A stretch of 64,000 nt of DNA from NCBI GenBank assembly GCA_037442085.1, contig JBBIQY010000002.1, positions 6,583 through 70,582 on the forward strand, in the 5' to 3' direction. Positions 1 through 10,493 of this stretch are shown in pieces. Made by a program: the position numbers and the translations under genes. The notes beneath the pieces were generated by a model that saw nothing but the letters and a program-made list of their open reading frames with translations, made no database searches and had not been told where the DNA came from. How positions within the stretch are numbered: the stretch's first letter is position 1; each line of letters begins with the position of its first letter. Origin of the DNA: Anaerolineae bacterium. Lineage in GTDB: Bacteria; Chloroflexota; Anaerolineae; Anaerolineales; UBA6663.

Positions 1-986
1 AGCGCGACGGCCTGGGCGGGACGCCCATCGCCGAAAGCTACGCCGCGCTCACGCACGGCTTCCGCGACGCGGAAGAAGCGCTGGGCGAGATGATCCGGGC
101 CGTCACCCAGAATCCCAACGTGCAGGTCCGCCTCGGGTCGGAGGTCGTCGCCGCCGAAGGCAGCGCGGGCGATTTTAAGGTCACCCTCACCAAAGGCGGC
201 AATGGCGCGGCCGAGGTCGTCAACGTGGGAGCCGTCATCATCGCCACCGGTTTCCAGCACTTCGACCCGGGACGCGAGACGCAGATGTACGGCTATTACG
301 AGTATGACGACGTGATCACGCTCGCCGATGCCGAGGCGATGCTCAAGCAGCGCAAATTCGTCAAGCCGTCTAACGGACAGACCCCCGAGCGCGTGTGTTT
401 CATCCAGTGCGTCGGCTCGCGCGACCGACAGATTGGGAACGAGTTCTGTTCCAAGGTGTGCTGCGGCATCTCGTCCAAGCAGGCCATCGAGGTGCGTCAG
501 CAGTTGCCGAACTGCAAGGTCTTTATCTTCTACATTGATATGCGCATGTACGGCTACTGGGAGAACGAAATTTACTGGCCGGCGCAGGAGCAGTATCACG
601 TCCAATACGTCAAGGGCATCATCACCGAGATCATCCGCAAGGGCGACCGGCTGCTAGTGCGCGGCGAGGACACGACGATGGGCCGCCCGATGGAAGTGCC
701 GATGGATGTGGTGGTGCTGGCGGTGGGGATGGAACCGAGCCGCGGCACGAAGGACGTCGCCAAAATCTTTGGGCTCAGGCAGAACAAGTACAACTTCATT
801 GACGTGCCGCACGAGTCGCTTGACCCTACGGCGACCTCGGTCCCCGGCATCTTCGTCGCGGGCGCGGCCGCCGGGCCGAAAGACCTTGACGACTCGCTGG
901 GGATGGCCGGCGCGGCGGCGGCCAAAGCGGTGGCGCTGGTACATAAACTTCGAACTCCAAACTCCAAATTACCAAACGCCGTTTGA
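1..986 (+). CDS. hdrA: Heterodisulfide reductase subunit A-like flavoprotein (sHdrA-like), 5'-truncated at window edge
   Basis: Frame open from nt 3 with no stop. Carries HdrA-type motifs FIQCVGSRDR, CSKVCCG and PGIFVAGAAAGPKD. Followed by Hdr/ETF partner genes. Confidence 0.85.
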   Translation, partial: RDGLGGTPIAESYAALTHGFRDAEEALGEMIRAVTQNPNVQVRLGSEVVAAEGSAGDFKVTLTKGGNGAAEVVNVGAVIIATGFQHFDPGRETQMYGYYEYDDVITLADAEAMLKQRKFVKPSNGQTPERVCFIQCVGSRDRQIGNEFCSKVCCGISSKQAIEVRQQLPNCKVFIFYIDMRMYGYWENEIYWPAQEQYHVQYVKGIITEIIRKGDRLLVRGEDTTMGRPMEVPMDVVVLAVGMEPSRGTKDVAKIFGLRQNKYNFIDVPHESLDPTATSVPGIFVAGAAAGPKDLDDSLGMAGAAAAKAVALVHKLRTPNSKLPNAV

Positions 987-1028
987 ATGTTGGGAATTTG
1001 AGATTTGGAGTTTGAGATTTGGAGTTCG
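947..1028 (+). repeat. Heptamer-array hairpin, family A (CCAAACT array / loop / AGTTTGG array), copy 1
   Basis: acttcgaactccaaactccaaatt ... atttggagtttgagatttggagttcg. The left arm encodes the last codons of hdrA, and the stop codon at 984-986 lies between the arms. Confidence 0.8.
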
Positions 1029-1077
1029 CAGCTTGCTCACAGGCCAGGTCGTAGATACAGAAACCGCCCGAGAGTTC

Positions 1078-1833
1078 ATGGCTCGGACGCTCGAAAAGGC
1101 GAGCCAGACCGAACTGGGCGACATCGTCAAGGAACTTGAACAAAAGAGCGCACGCTTTCGAGCGCGGCTTGCCCCGGAAGCGCTGACCGGGCTCGACCGC
1201 CCGCAACTGCGCGGCCTCCTGCGCTCCATCTTCGCCACGCGCCGCAAGGCCGACGTCCTGCTCGACGTGATGGGCGTGGAGGGCTTGCGGGAGGCCATCC
1301 ACGAACTCCTCCATGGCACCCCCTCGACCCAGGATCGCTTCCAGGCCTTTGTGGACACGCTCGCCGGCTACTGGGGCGACTTGCGCCTGGCGCGCAAGCC
1401 GCTGCCCGGCCAAGAGGCGGCCGACCTCCCTGAAAACGTCCTGTGCGACCTGGCCGCTGAGCTGCTCCACTTCACCAGCCCGGACGATCGTTGGTTGTGG
1501 ACGCGCTGGATGTGGGATCCGCGCGTGGGCACAGGCGCGCTCCCGCTGGTGACGATGGAAGCGTACGACCTGCACGGGCGAAATGCCGGCGAGACGTACC
1601 TGAAGGTCGGCGTAGCGGTGGCCTTCGTGCGGGCCACGGGCGAGGCCGCCGGGTTCGCCCGCTTCGGCGTGAATCAGAGTCCCTTTGGAATTGACGTCTT
1701 CCTGGCGTGCGTCTACGCCGTCTATATGTACACCACGCTGAGAATCCGAATGACGCAGGAATTCAACCGGGTCGTGCCCCAACTGCCGGAGTTGACGAGG
1801 CGGCTGTTGGGGGTTTGGAAAATGGAGATTTGA
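1078..1833 (+). CDS. Conserved hypothetical protein in the position of the hyp/sHdrH gene of sHdr clusters
   Basis: ATG at 1078 after the hairpin, with GC3-biased codon usage. The track ORF 706-1833 extends upstream only through repeat sequence. No motif recognised. Confidence 0.6.
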   Translation: MARTLEKASQTELGDIVKELEQKSARFRARLAPEALTGLDRPQLRGLLRSIFATRRKADVLLDVMGVEGLREAIHELLHGTPSTQDRFQAFVDTLAGYWGDLRLARKPLPGQEAADLPENVLCDLAAELLHFTSPDDRWLWTRWMWDPRVGTGALPLVTMEAYDLHGRNAGETYLKVGVAVAFVRATGEAAGFARFGVNQSPFGIDVFLACVYAVYMYTTLRIRMTQEFNRVVPQLPELTRRLLGVWKMEI

Positions 1834-1841
1834 ATCGCTAA

Positions 1842-1912
1842 AACGCTGAGAAGGCCGAGGGCGCCGAGAGAACATCCTTCAGCCGTACCAGCACCTCAGC
1901 GAGGCAAAACCC
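1842..1912 (+). repeat. Family B element (AACGCTGAG ... CCTCAGCGAG inverted ends)
   Basis: CGCTGAG at 1844-1850 is complementary to CTCAGCG near 1903-1909. It shares the CCTCAGCGAG end with the copy at 7271-7310. Confidence 0.5.
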
Positions 1913-1922
1913 TGGAGGCACA

Positions 1923-3209
1923 ATGGCAGTCGGTTTAGATAAGGTTCAACCCGAAAAGATCACCGAAGAAAAACAGCTCGTCGTCGAGGGGATGGATATC
2001 TCTGGCCACTGGAACCGGATGTTCGAGCAGCGGGTCATCTGGGATTACGGCGTTGACGCGCTCGAAAAAGTCGCGGCGCTCCCCGGCGGCGAGTCGCTCA
2101 TGTGGTGCTACGGCTGCGCCAAGTGCACCGCCGTCTGCCCGGTGGACATCGTCGGCGATTACTCGCCGCGCAAAATCCACCGCAAGACTCAGATGGGCAT
2201 TGACCTGTTCACCTCGCCCGACCTGTGGCTGTGCACCACCTGCATGAACTGCCTGCGCGTCTGCCCCAAAGAAGTCAACATGATCAAGATCATGCCGGCC
2301 GTGCGCGAACAGGCCGTGCTCGAGGGGACGACCGTGCCGCCCGAATTGCAGAAGGCGTTCGAGGATACGGCCAAGCACGGCAACCCGCTCGGCCAGCCTC
2401 AACGCAAACGCGCCGACTGGGTGAAGAAAGCGGGCGTCCCCGTGCCGATCCTGAAAGACCTGAAGCGCCCGGTGGACATCCTGTGGTACGTCGGCTCGTA
2501 TCCTTCGTATCACCCGCGCGGCATTGACGCGGCCTGCGCCGCCGCCCGCCTCTTCAACGCGCTCGGCATTGATTTCGGCATCCTGGGCATCGAGGAAAAG
2601 GACGACGGCGACTCGCAGCGCCTGGCGGGCGAAAAAGGCCTGTTCGAGATGCTGGCCGAATACAACATCGCCACATTCAGCAAATATCAGTTCAACCGCA
2701 TGGTCGTCACCGGGCCGCACGAGTTCAACGCCTTTAAGAACGAGTATCCGAAATACGGCGCGGACTTCAAGGTGGTGCATTACACGCGCTTCCTCGTCGA
2801 GTATCTGGACAAACTCAGGCCGCTGCTGAAGCAGCCGCTCAATCTGAAGGTGACCTTTCACGATCCATGCTATCTCGGACGGCACAACGGCGAGTACGAC
2901 GCGCCGCGCGAGCTGCTGCGCGCCATCCCCGGCCTCGAACTGGTGGAGATGGGCCGCTGCCGCGAGAACGGCTATTGCTGCGGCGGCGGGGGCGGCGGCA
3001 TGTGGCTCGACTCGTTCTCGAAAGAACACACCAAGATGCGCCTCTCCGAGCGCCGCGTGCGCGAGGCCGTCGAGTACGGCGCAGATGTTCTCGCCGTCTG
3101 CTGTCCCTTTGAAGTCTCGCGCTTCGAGGATGCCGCCAAGAGCACCGGCAACGACCAGTTGAAGGTGCGGGACATTCTGGAATTGCTGGACGAGTCGATG
3201 CGCAGATAA
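1923..3209 (+). CDS. HdrD-like Fe-S protein: HdrC-type ferredoxin domain fused to an HdrB-type double CCG domain (sHdrB3-like)
   Basis: Two CxxCxxCxxxCP motifs (CYGCAKCTAVCP, CTTCMNCLRVCP). CCG-domain motifs DPCYLGR, YCCGGGGG and CCPFE. GGAGG lies 6 nt before the ATG. Confidence 0.85.
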   Translation: MAVGLDKVQPEKITEEKQLVVEGMDISGHWNRMFEQRVIWDYGVDALEKVAALPGGESLMWCYGCAKCTAVCPVDIVGDYSPRKIHRKTQMGIDLFTSPDLWLCTTCMNCLRVCPKEVNMIKIMPAVREQAVLEGTTVPPELQKAFEDTAKHGNPLGQPQRKRADWVKKAGVPVPILKDLKRPVDILWYVGSYPSYHPRGIDAACAAARLFNALGIDFGILGIEEKDDGDSQRLAGEKGLFEMLAEYNIATFSKYQFNRMVVTGPHEFNAFKNEYPKYGADFKVVHYTRFLVEYLDKLRPLLKQPLNLKVTFHDPCYLGRHNGEYDAPRELLRAIPGLELVEMGRCRENGYCCGGGGGGMWLDSFSKEHTKMRLSERRVREAVEYGADVLAVCCPFEVSRFEDAAKSTGNDQLKVRDILELLDESMRR

Positions 3210-3210
3210 A

Positions 3211-3272
3211 TTCAAACTCCAAACTTCAAACTCCAAATCTCAATTGGAAGTTTGAATTTTGAAGTTGGGAGT
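3211..3272 (+). repeat. Heptamer-array hairpin, family A, copy 2
   Basis: ttcaaactccaaacttcaaactccaaatctcaa / ttggaagtttgaattttgaagttgggagtt. It starts 2 nt after the upstream stop, and the GGGAG in the right arm is 6 nt before the etfB ATG. Confidence 0.85.
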
Positions 3273-3276
3273 TACG

Positions 3277-4047
3277 ATGAACATCGTTGTTCCTATCAAA
3301 CAAATCCCCAATCTCACCGACGAACTGGAAATCAACGCCGAGGGCACGGGCCTCGATCACGACGCGCTCCAGTACGTGCTCAATGAGTGGGACGAACAGG
3401 CTCTCGAAGAGGCGGTGCTGGTCAAAGAGACCGCCGGGGGAACCGTCACCGTCATCGGCGTGGATACGACCGGCGAACTGAACGAGGCACTATATACTGC
3501 CCTCGCCAAGGGCGCGGACAAGGCCGCGAAGATCACGGGCGACTTCCCGCGCGGCACGGACTCGCATACCCAGGCCCAACTCTTCGCCGAGGCGATCAAG
3601 AGCCTGTCGCCCGACCTGGTGCTGACGGGCGTGCAGGCCGCCGATGACCGCGACGGCCAGATCGGCCCGATGATTGCCGCGCACCTGGGTTTGCCGTACG
3701 TGGGCGTGGTCACGGGCGTGGCGATCAAGGACGGCAAGGCAATTGTCCACAAGGAATATGCCGGCGGCGTGCTGGCCGAATTTGAAGTGACGCTCCCGGC
3801 AGTCATCGGTGTGCAGGCCGCTCACCAGCCGCCGCGCTACGCCCCCGTGAGCAGAATCCGGCAGATGGCCAAGACGGCGAAGATTGACGAGATCGCCGGA
3901 GGTGAGACGACAAGGGCCGGCTCCACCGTCCGCCGTATGTTCAAGCCCGAATCTGCCGGCCACGCCGAGATGTGGGACGGAAGCCCTGAAGAAGTGGCGG
4001 AGAAGATTTTGGGGCTGATTCGAGAGAAGGGACTCTTGAAGGGCTAA
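3277..4047 (+). CDS. etfB: Electron transfer flavoprotein beta subunit
   Basis: N-terminus MNIVVPIKQIPN is typical of EtfB, and the DLVLTGVQAADD motif is present. It is adjacent to etfA. ATG 3277 is preferred over TTG 3259. Confidence 0.9.
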   Translation: MNIVVPIKQIPNLTDELEINAEGTGLDHDALQYVLNEWDEQALEEAVLVKETAGGTVTVIGVDTTGELNEALYTALAKGADKAAKITGDFPRGTDSHTQAQLFAEAIKSLSPDLVLTGVQAADDRDGQIGPMIAAHLGLPYVGVVTGVAIKDGKAIVHKEYAGGVLAEFEVTLPAVIGVQAAHQPPRYAPVSRIRQMAKTAKIDEIAGGETTRAGSTVRRMFKPESAGHAEMWDGSPEEVAEKILGLIREKGLLKG

Positions 4048-4140
4048 CTTCAAAGTTCAAACTCCAAACTTCAAACTCCAAACTTCAAACTCCAAACTCC
4101 AAAATGCTGCTTTGAAGTTTGAGATTTGAAGTTTGAGGTT
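4047..4140 (+). repeat. Heptamer-array hairpin, family A, copy 3 (longest)
   Basis: About 7 CCAAACT/TCAAACT units, loop atgctgc, then tttgaagtttgagatttgaagtttgaggtt. It ends 9 nt before the etfA ATG. Confidence 0.85.
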
Positions 4141-4148
4141 ACTGAATT

Positions 4149-5108
4149 ATGGCAAACGACATCCTTATCCTCGCCGAACACCTCAACGGTAAACTCGCCG
4201 ACATCGCCTTTGAAATGACGGGCAAGGCAAAGCAGCTCGCCGCCGCGTTCGGGGGCAAGGCCATCGCCGTGCTGCTGGGCAGCGGCGCGAGATCGCTCGC
4301 CGGGTCCATCGGTGCGGACGCCGTGGTGTACGTGGACGACCCCGCACTGGGCGAGTTCAACCCTGAAGCCTATAGCCGCGTCCTGGCCGCCCTGATCAAA
4401 GGGCACGGCCCACGGCTGGTGATGCTGGGCAACACCTCGGTCGGGATGGACCTGGGCGCGGGGCTGTCGGTGACCACCGGACTTCCGCTGATTGCGTACG
4501 TCAACGGCCTCGCTGCCGAGGATGGGACGCTGGTGGCAACCTCGCAGATCTACGGCGGCAAGATCCAGGCCGAGGCCGTGCCCGACGGCGAAGCCTGTAT
4601 CGTCTCGTGCCTGGCGGGGGCGTTCCCTGCCGAGGCGGGGCGCGGCTCCGCCCCGGTCGAGCAGATCGCCTCACCCGTCCCGCTCGACGATTTGAAGGTG
4701 AAGTTCGTCAAACTCATCCAGCCGGAGGGCGGCGACGTGGACATTACGCAGCAGCCGATCCTCGTTTCCATCGGGCGCGGCATCGGCGGGCAGGAGAACA
4801 TCGAACTCGCGCAGGAACTCGCGGAGGCGCTCGGCTGCGCGGTCTCGGCCTCGCGCCCCATCACGGATGCGGGCTGGCTGCCGAAGACGCGGCAGGTGGG
4901 CAAATCGGGCCTCACCGTCAAGCCGAAGATGTATCTCGCGCTCGGCATCTCCGGCGCGCCGGAGCACCTCGAAGGCATGCGCGGCGCGGAGACGATCATC
5001 GCCATCAACACCGACCCCAAAGCGCCCATCTTCGACGTGGCGCACTACGGGGCGACGTGCGACCTGCTGGATTTGCTTCCGGCGCTGACGGAAAAAATCA
5101 AGGGCTAG
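4149..5108 (+). CDS. etfA: Electron transfer flavoprotein alpha subunit
   Basis: C-terminal FAD-binding region matches EtfA: SASRPITDAGWLPKTRQVGKSGLTVKPKMYLALGISGAPEHLEGM. Confidence 0.9.
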   Translation: MANDILILAEHLNGKLADIAFEMTGKAKQLAAAFGGKAIAVLLGSGARSLAGSIGADAVVYVDDPALGEFNPEAYSRVLAALIKGHGPRLVMLGNTSVGMDLGAGLSVTTGLPLIAYVNGLAAEDGTLVATSQIYGGKIQAEAVPDGEACIVSCLAGAFPAEAGRGSAPVEQIASPVPLDDLKVKFVKLIQPEGGDVDITQQPILVSIGRGIGGQENIELAQELAEALGCAVSASRPITDAGWLPKTRQVGKSGLTVKPKMYLALGISGAPEHLEGMRGAETIIAINTDPKAPIFDVAHYGATCDLLDLLPALTEKIKG

Positions 5109-5180
5109 TTTCAAAATTCAAACTCCAAACCTCAAAACTCAAATTGAAGTTTGAAGTTTGGAGTTCGGAGTTTGGAGTTC
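5109..5180 (+). repeat. Heptamer-array hairpin, family A, copy 4
   Basis: tttcaaaattcaaactccaaacctcaaaactcaaa / ttgaagtttgaagtttggagttcggagtttggagttc. It ends 6 nt before the GTG at 5186. Confidence 0.85.
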
Positions 5181-5185
5181 ATCTC

Positions 5186-7312
<2,127 letters not shown>

Positions 7313-7321
7313 CTCAACGGC

Positions 7322-7771
7322 ATGGCTCAAGGTCTCAACAACCTTTCCTCCGCCCTGGCGCTGCGCCTGCGCGACATCGCCCGGATGCTGGACCGGATTG
7401 ACCGGCTGGAGTCCGGCACGGGCGAGTGGCTGGCCGCGCAAGGTGAAAGCGCGCTGCGAGACGCCGCCACCGACATGACCCTGCGCGCCCTGCGCGTCGC
7501 CGCCGACCCGACGAACTTCGCTCTCCTCAACTTCCTCGCGACGCACGCTGCCACGCCCATGGCCGAGCTCGAGAAAGCCACCGGCCTCGGGCGGCTGGCG
7601 CTCGCGGAGCGGGTGAACGACCTGGTGCAGGTCGGGCTCGCCGGACGGAACATTGACACCGATCACGTGCAGTGCACGGCCGGCGGCGCGGCGCTGGTGG
7701 AATTGATTGACAGCATTGGCGCGACGACGGCGAAACGACTGGCAGAAGCGTTGCAGCCGATCACCCGCTAA
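7322..7771 (+). CDS. Putative winged-helix transcriptional regulator
   Basis: 149 aa with an HTH-like stretch TPMAELEKATGLGRLALAERVNDLVQVGLAGR. GC3-biased. No strong SD. Confidence 0.5.
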   Translation: MAQGLNNLSSALALRLRDIARMLDRIDRLESGTGEWLAAQGESALRDAATDMTLRALRVAADPTNFALLNFLATHAATPMAELEKATGLGRLALAERVNDLVQVGLAGRNIDTDHVQCTAGGAALVELIDSIGATTAKRLAEALQPITR

Positions 7772-7810
7772 GACGGCTAAAATCAACCGAAACATCGTGA
7801 GGAGGCCATC

Positions 7811-8641
7811 ATGTGTGTCCCAGTATGTCGGGCAAAGATCGCACAAAACATGAGCCGCCGCAGTTTCCTGAAGCTGGCCGGAGCGGCGACGGCAGCGACG
7901 GCGGCGGCCGCTTGCGCCCCGTCAACGCCGGCCCCTGCCGCCGAAGGCCCGAAATACTCGTTCAGTCGCGTGGTGGACCTGACCCACACCATCACGCCCG
8001 AGTTCCCGACCTACGGCGGCGAGAAGCAACTGGAATTCGAAACGCTCGTCACCCTGGCCGCGGACGGCTACAACATGTACAAATGGCTGCTGGTGGAGCA
8101 CACCGGCACCCATATGGACGCGCCCTTTCATTTCTCCGATCGGGATAGCGCCGATCTGATCCCGCTGGAAAATCTGATCGGCCCGCTGGCGGTGGTGGAC
8201 ATTCGCGCTAAAGCCGAGAACAACCCCGACGCGCAACTGACGACGGACGATCTGAAAACCTGGGAAAGCCAATATGGGCCGATCCCCACAGGGGGCATCG
8301 TGGCCATGTACAGCGGCTGGGACGCCCATACCCGGACCGGCAAATTCCGCAACGCCGACGCTAACGGGGTGATGCACTTCCCCGGCTTTCACATCGAGGC
8401 CATCGAGTTTCTGCTGGCCGAACGGGATGTGAAGGGGATCTTCGTAGATACACTGAGCCTGGACTACGGGCCCTCGACCGATTTTGTGGTGCACTACAAA
8501 TGGCTGCCGGCCAACCGCTGGGGGATGGAATGCGTCGCTAACCTGGGGCAACTGCCGGCCAAAGGCGCTATGGCAATCGTGGGCGGCCCGAAGATCGCCG
8601 GAGCGACCGGCGGGCCAGGCCGCGTGATCGCCCTGCTATGA
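7811..8641 (+). CDS. Cyclase / arylformamidase (kynurenine formamidase) family protein with a Tat-type signal and possible lipobox
   Basis: SRRSFLKLAGAATAATAAAACAP signal and the HTGTHMDAPFHF cyclase motif. GAGGAGG lies 6 nt before ATG 7811. Confidence 0.8.
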   Translation: MCVPVCRAKIAQNMSRRSFLKLAGAATAATAAAACAPSTPAPAAEGPKYSFSRVVDLTHTITPEFPTYGGEKQLEFETLVTLAADGYNMYKWLLVEHTGTHMDAPFHFSDRDSADLIPLENLIGPLAVVDIRAKAENNPDAQLTTDDLKTWESQYGPIPTGGIVAMYSGWDAHTRTGKFRNADANGVMHFPGFHIEAIEFLLAERDVKGIFVDTLSLDYGPSTDFVVHYKWLPANRWGMECVANLGQLPAKGAMAIVGGPKIAGATGGPGRVIALL

Positions 8642-8964
8642 AATGCCCGTACTGCGACTTTGCCGGCTCGCGCATGAAACTTCACCGGCATCTCGGCGAG
8701 GCGCACCTCGACCAGGTAACGACCAAGCACGACGCGGCGACGGGCAAGATGCGCTACGTCATCGGCTGTCCGGTATGCGGCCTGAAATACCAGCACGCCG
8801 TCAAGCCGCGCTACAGGGACGCGCGCTTCCTCGAAGAATACAGGGCCGAGATTGCGCTGGTGGCTTTCGACCAACTGCTTTACCATCTCGAAGAGAAACA
8901 CCCGGAACAAACTTCAAACTCAAAACTACGCCATTCAAACACCCCGCCTGAAGCTGCGGTTTGA
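8638..8964 (+). CDS. Small protein with two CxxC...HxxxxH (C2H2-like) zinc-finger motifs
   Basis: CPYCDF..HRHLGEAH and CPVCGL...YHLEEKH. ATGA overlap with the upstream stop. The C-terminal 15 aa are encoded by the hairpin left arm. Confidence 0.55.
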   Translation: MKCPYCDFAGSRMKLHRHLGEAHLDQVTTKHDAATGKMRYVIGCPVCGLKYQHAVKPRYRDARFLEEYRAEIALVAFDQLLYHLEEKHPEQTSNSKLRHSNTPPEAAV

Positions 8965-8972
8965 AGTTGAAA
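8908..8972 (+). repeat. Heptamer-array hairpin, family A, copy 5
   Basis: caaacttcaaactcaaaactacgccattcaaac ... ggtttgaagttgaaattt, straddling the stop at 8962-8964. Confidence 0.7.
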
Positions 8973-8991
8973 TTTTTCGCCAGAGGTGAAC

Positions 8992-9429
8992 ATGGCGCTC
9001 TGCAACAACTGCAACATCCCCGAGAACCTCTACTACTGGGTAGAGAAACACACCTGGTGCCGGCGCGAGTCGGATGGAACCGTCGTCGTCGGCATCACCG
9101 ACGTGGCCCAGCACCTCGCCAAATCCATCATCTCGGCCACGCCGAAAGAGGCGGGCAAGCCGATTAAGAAGGGCAAAAGCGCAGGCACGGTCGAGAGCGG
9201 CAAATGGGTCGGGCCGGTGACCGCGCCCGTAAATGGCACCATCACCGAAGTCAACGCCGCGCTCAAGACCAGGCCCGGCCTGTTGAATGCCGATCCCTAT
9301 GGCGAGGGCTGGTTCATCAAAATCAAACCCGACAACTGGGAGACGGACTCGGCCGATCTCGTCACGGGCGACGCCGGGATTGCGGCGTATCAGAAGTTCC
9401 TGGACGAGCAGGGCATCAAATGCGAATAA
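8992..9429 (+). CDS. lbpA: GcvH-like lipoate-binding protein (LbpA-like) 1
   Basis: GcvH fold motifs: VGITDVAQ, lipoyl-lysine context VESGKWVG, NADPYGEGWF. AGAGG lies 5 nt before ATG 8992. Confidence 0.85.
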   Translation: MALCNNCNIPENLYYWVEKHTWCRRESDGTVVVGITDVAQHLAKSIISATPKEAGKPIKKGKSAGTVESGKWVGPVTAPVNGTITEVNAALKTRPGLLNADPYGEGWFIKIKPDNWETDSADLVTGDAGIAAYQKFLDEQGIKCE

Positions 9430-9500
9430 CCCCAAACTCCCAAACCCAAAACTCAAATCGCAAACGATGGCTTGGGGTTTGGGGCTTGAAGTTTGCAGTT
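9429..9500 (+). repeat. Heptamer-array hairpin, family A variant, copy 6
   Basis: ccccaaactcccaaacccaaaactcaaa / cttggggtttggggcttgaagtttg. CCCCAAAC pairs with GTTTGGGG as a perfect 8 bp stem. It ends 3 nt before ATG 9503. Confidence 0.8.
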
Positions 9501-9502
9501 CA

Positions 9503-9952
9503 ATGATCTACTACGGCTGCGACATCCCCGAAGACCTGTTCTTCGACTTCGAGCGCGATCTGTGGGTGCGCTTCGAGGCCGACGGCGTGGCCACGCTGGG
9601 GATGACGGACACGGCTCAGACGCGCGGCGGAAAACTGGTGAACATCCAGTTCAAACGGGTCGGCAAACTGCTCAAACAAGGCCAGAGCGCCGCCATCATC
9701 GAGTCGGCCAAGTGGGTCGGGCCGTTCCCCATGCCGTTCAGCGGCGTGATCACCGCGACCAACGAAGCGACATTTCGCCGCGACATACTGATCGCCAACC
9801 GCGATCCTTACGGGGAAGGCTGGCTGGTCAAAGTGCAGCCGACGGCCATCGAAACCGAACGGGAGCATTTGATCACGGGCGAGGCCGCCGTCGCCAAATA
9901 CAAACACCGCATCGTCGAGCTGGGCCTGAAATGCTTTCGCTGCCTGGATTGA
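9503..9952 (+). CDS. lbpA: GcvH-like lipoate-binding protein (LbpA-like) 2
   Basis: LGMTDTAQ, IESAKWVG, NRDPYGEGWL. Paralog of the previous gene. Confidence 0.85.
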   Translation: MIYYGCDIPEDLFFDFERDLWVRFEADGVATLGMTDTAQTRGGKLVNIQFKRVGKLLKQGQSAAIIESAKWVGPFPMPFSGVITATNEATFRRDILIANRDPYGEGWLVKVQPTAIETEREHLITGEAAVAKYKHRIVELGLKCFRCLD

Positions 9953-9969
9953 ACCTCGAGGAGTCTTGA

Positions 9970-10410
9970 ATGTCCACCAACGGTCACGACGCTTTTCCAC
10001 CCGAGCTTTACTACGACCGCGTGACGCACGTTTGGGCGCGGGACGATGGCGCGACCGTGACCATCGGCCTCGACGCGCTCGGCCTGGAGTCGCTCGGCGA
10101 CATGGCCTACCTCAGTTTGCAGGCCAGCGGCGTTCCGGTGCGACGCGGCGAGGCCATCGGCAGCTTGGAGGCCGCGAAGATGGTAGGGGATCTGATCGCG
10201 CCCGTCAGCGGCGTCATCGCCGCGCGCAACGAGGAGGTACTGCGCGACCCCGGCCTCATCAACCGCGACCCCTACCGCGCGGGCTGGCTCGTCCAGATTA
10301 CGCCTTCCGATTGGGCGCGTGAGTCCGCCGAACTGGTGCACGGCGCGGCTTTGACAGCCTGGGTGAAAGCGGAAGTCGAGCGGTATCGGATGCAGGGATG
10401 GATTAAGTGA
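9970..10410 (+). CDS. lbpA: GcvH-like lipoate-binding protein (LbpA-like) 3
   Basis: IGLDALG, LEAAKMVG, NRDPYRAGWL. Lacks the terminal cysteines of copies 1 and 2. Confidence 0.8.
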   Translation: MSTNGHDAFPPELYYDRVTHVWARDDGATVTIGLDALGLESLGDMAYLSLQASGVPVRRGEAIGSLEAAKMVGDLIAPVSGVIAARNEEVLRDPGLINRDPYRAGWLVQITPSDWARESAELVHGAALTAWVKAEVERYRMQGWIK

Positions 10411-10488
10411 ACTCCCAACTTCAAAACTCCCAACTTCAAAACTCAGACTTCAAAGCGGCAAACCTCTGCACTTTCGAGTTTGAAGTTA
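10410..10488 (+). repeat. Heptamer-array hairpin, family A, copy 7
   Basis: aactcccaacttcaaaactcccaacttcaaaactcagacttcaaa ... ctttcgagtttgaagttaactc. It ends 6 nt before ATG 10494. Confidence 0.75.
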
Positions 10489-10493
10489 ACTCA

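Noticed and set aside
826-1875. 349-aa minus-strand ORF, and similar long antisense ORFs at 1935-3236, 5132-6538, 19750-21363, 22285-23385, 45898-46893, 48785-49939 and 56298-57797
   Set aside because: Each lies exactly antisense to a plus-strand gene with clear family motifs. The translations are Arg/Ala/Gly/Pro-rich low-complexity sequence, typical of stop-codon-poor frames in GC3-biased DNA.
4607-5185. N-terminal extension of the EMO ORF in the track (also 706-1077, 49831-50025, 9287-9502, 10407-10493 and 25039-26208 extensions)
   Set aside because: The extensions overlap the preceding real gene or run through the junction hairpins and encode repeat-derived or Arg-rich peptides. Starts just downstream of the hairpin/SD were chosen instead.
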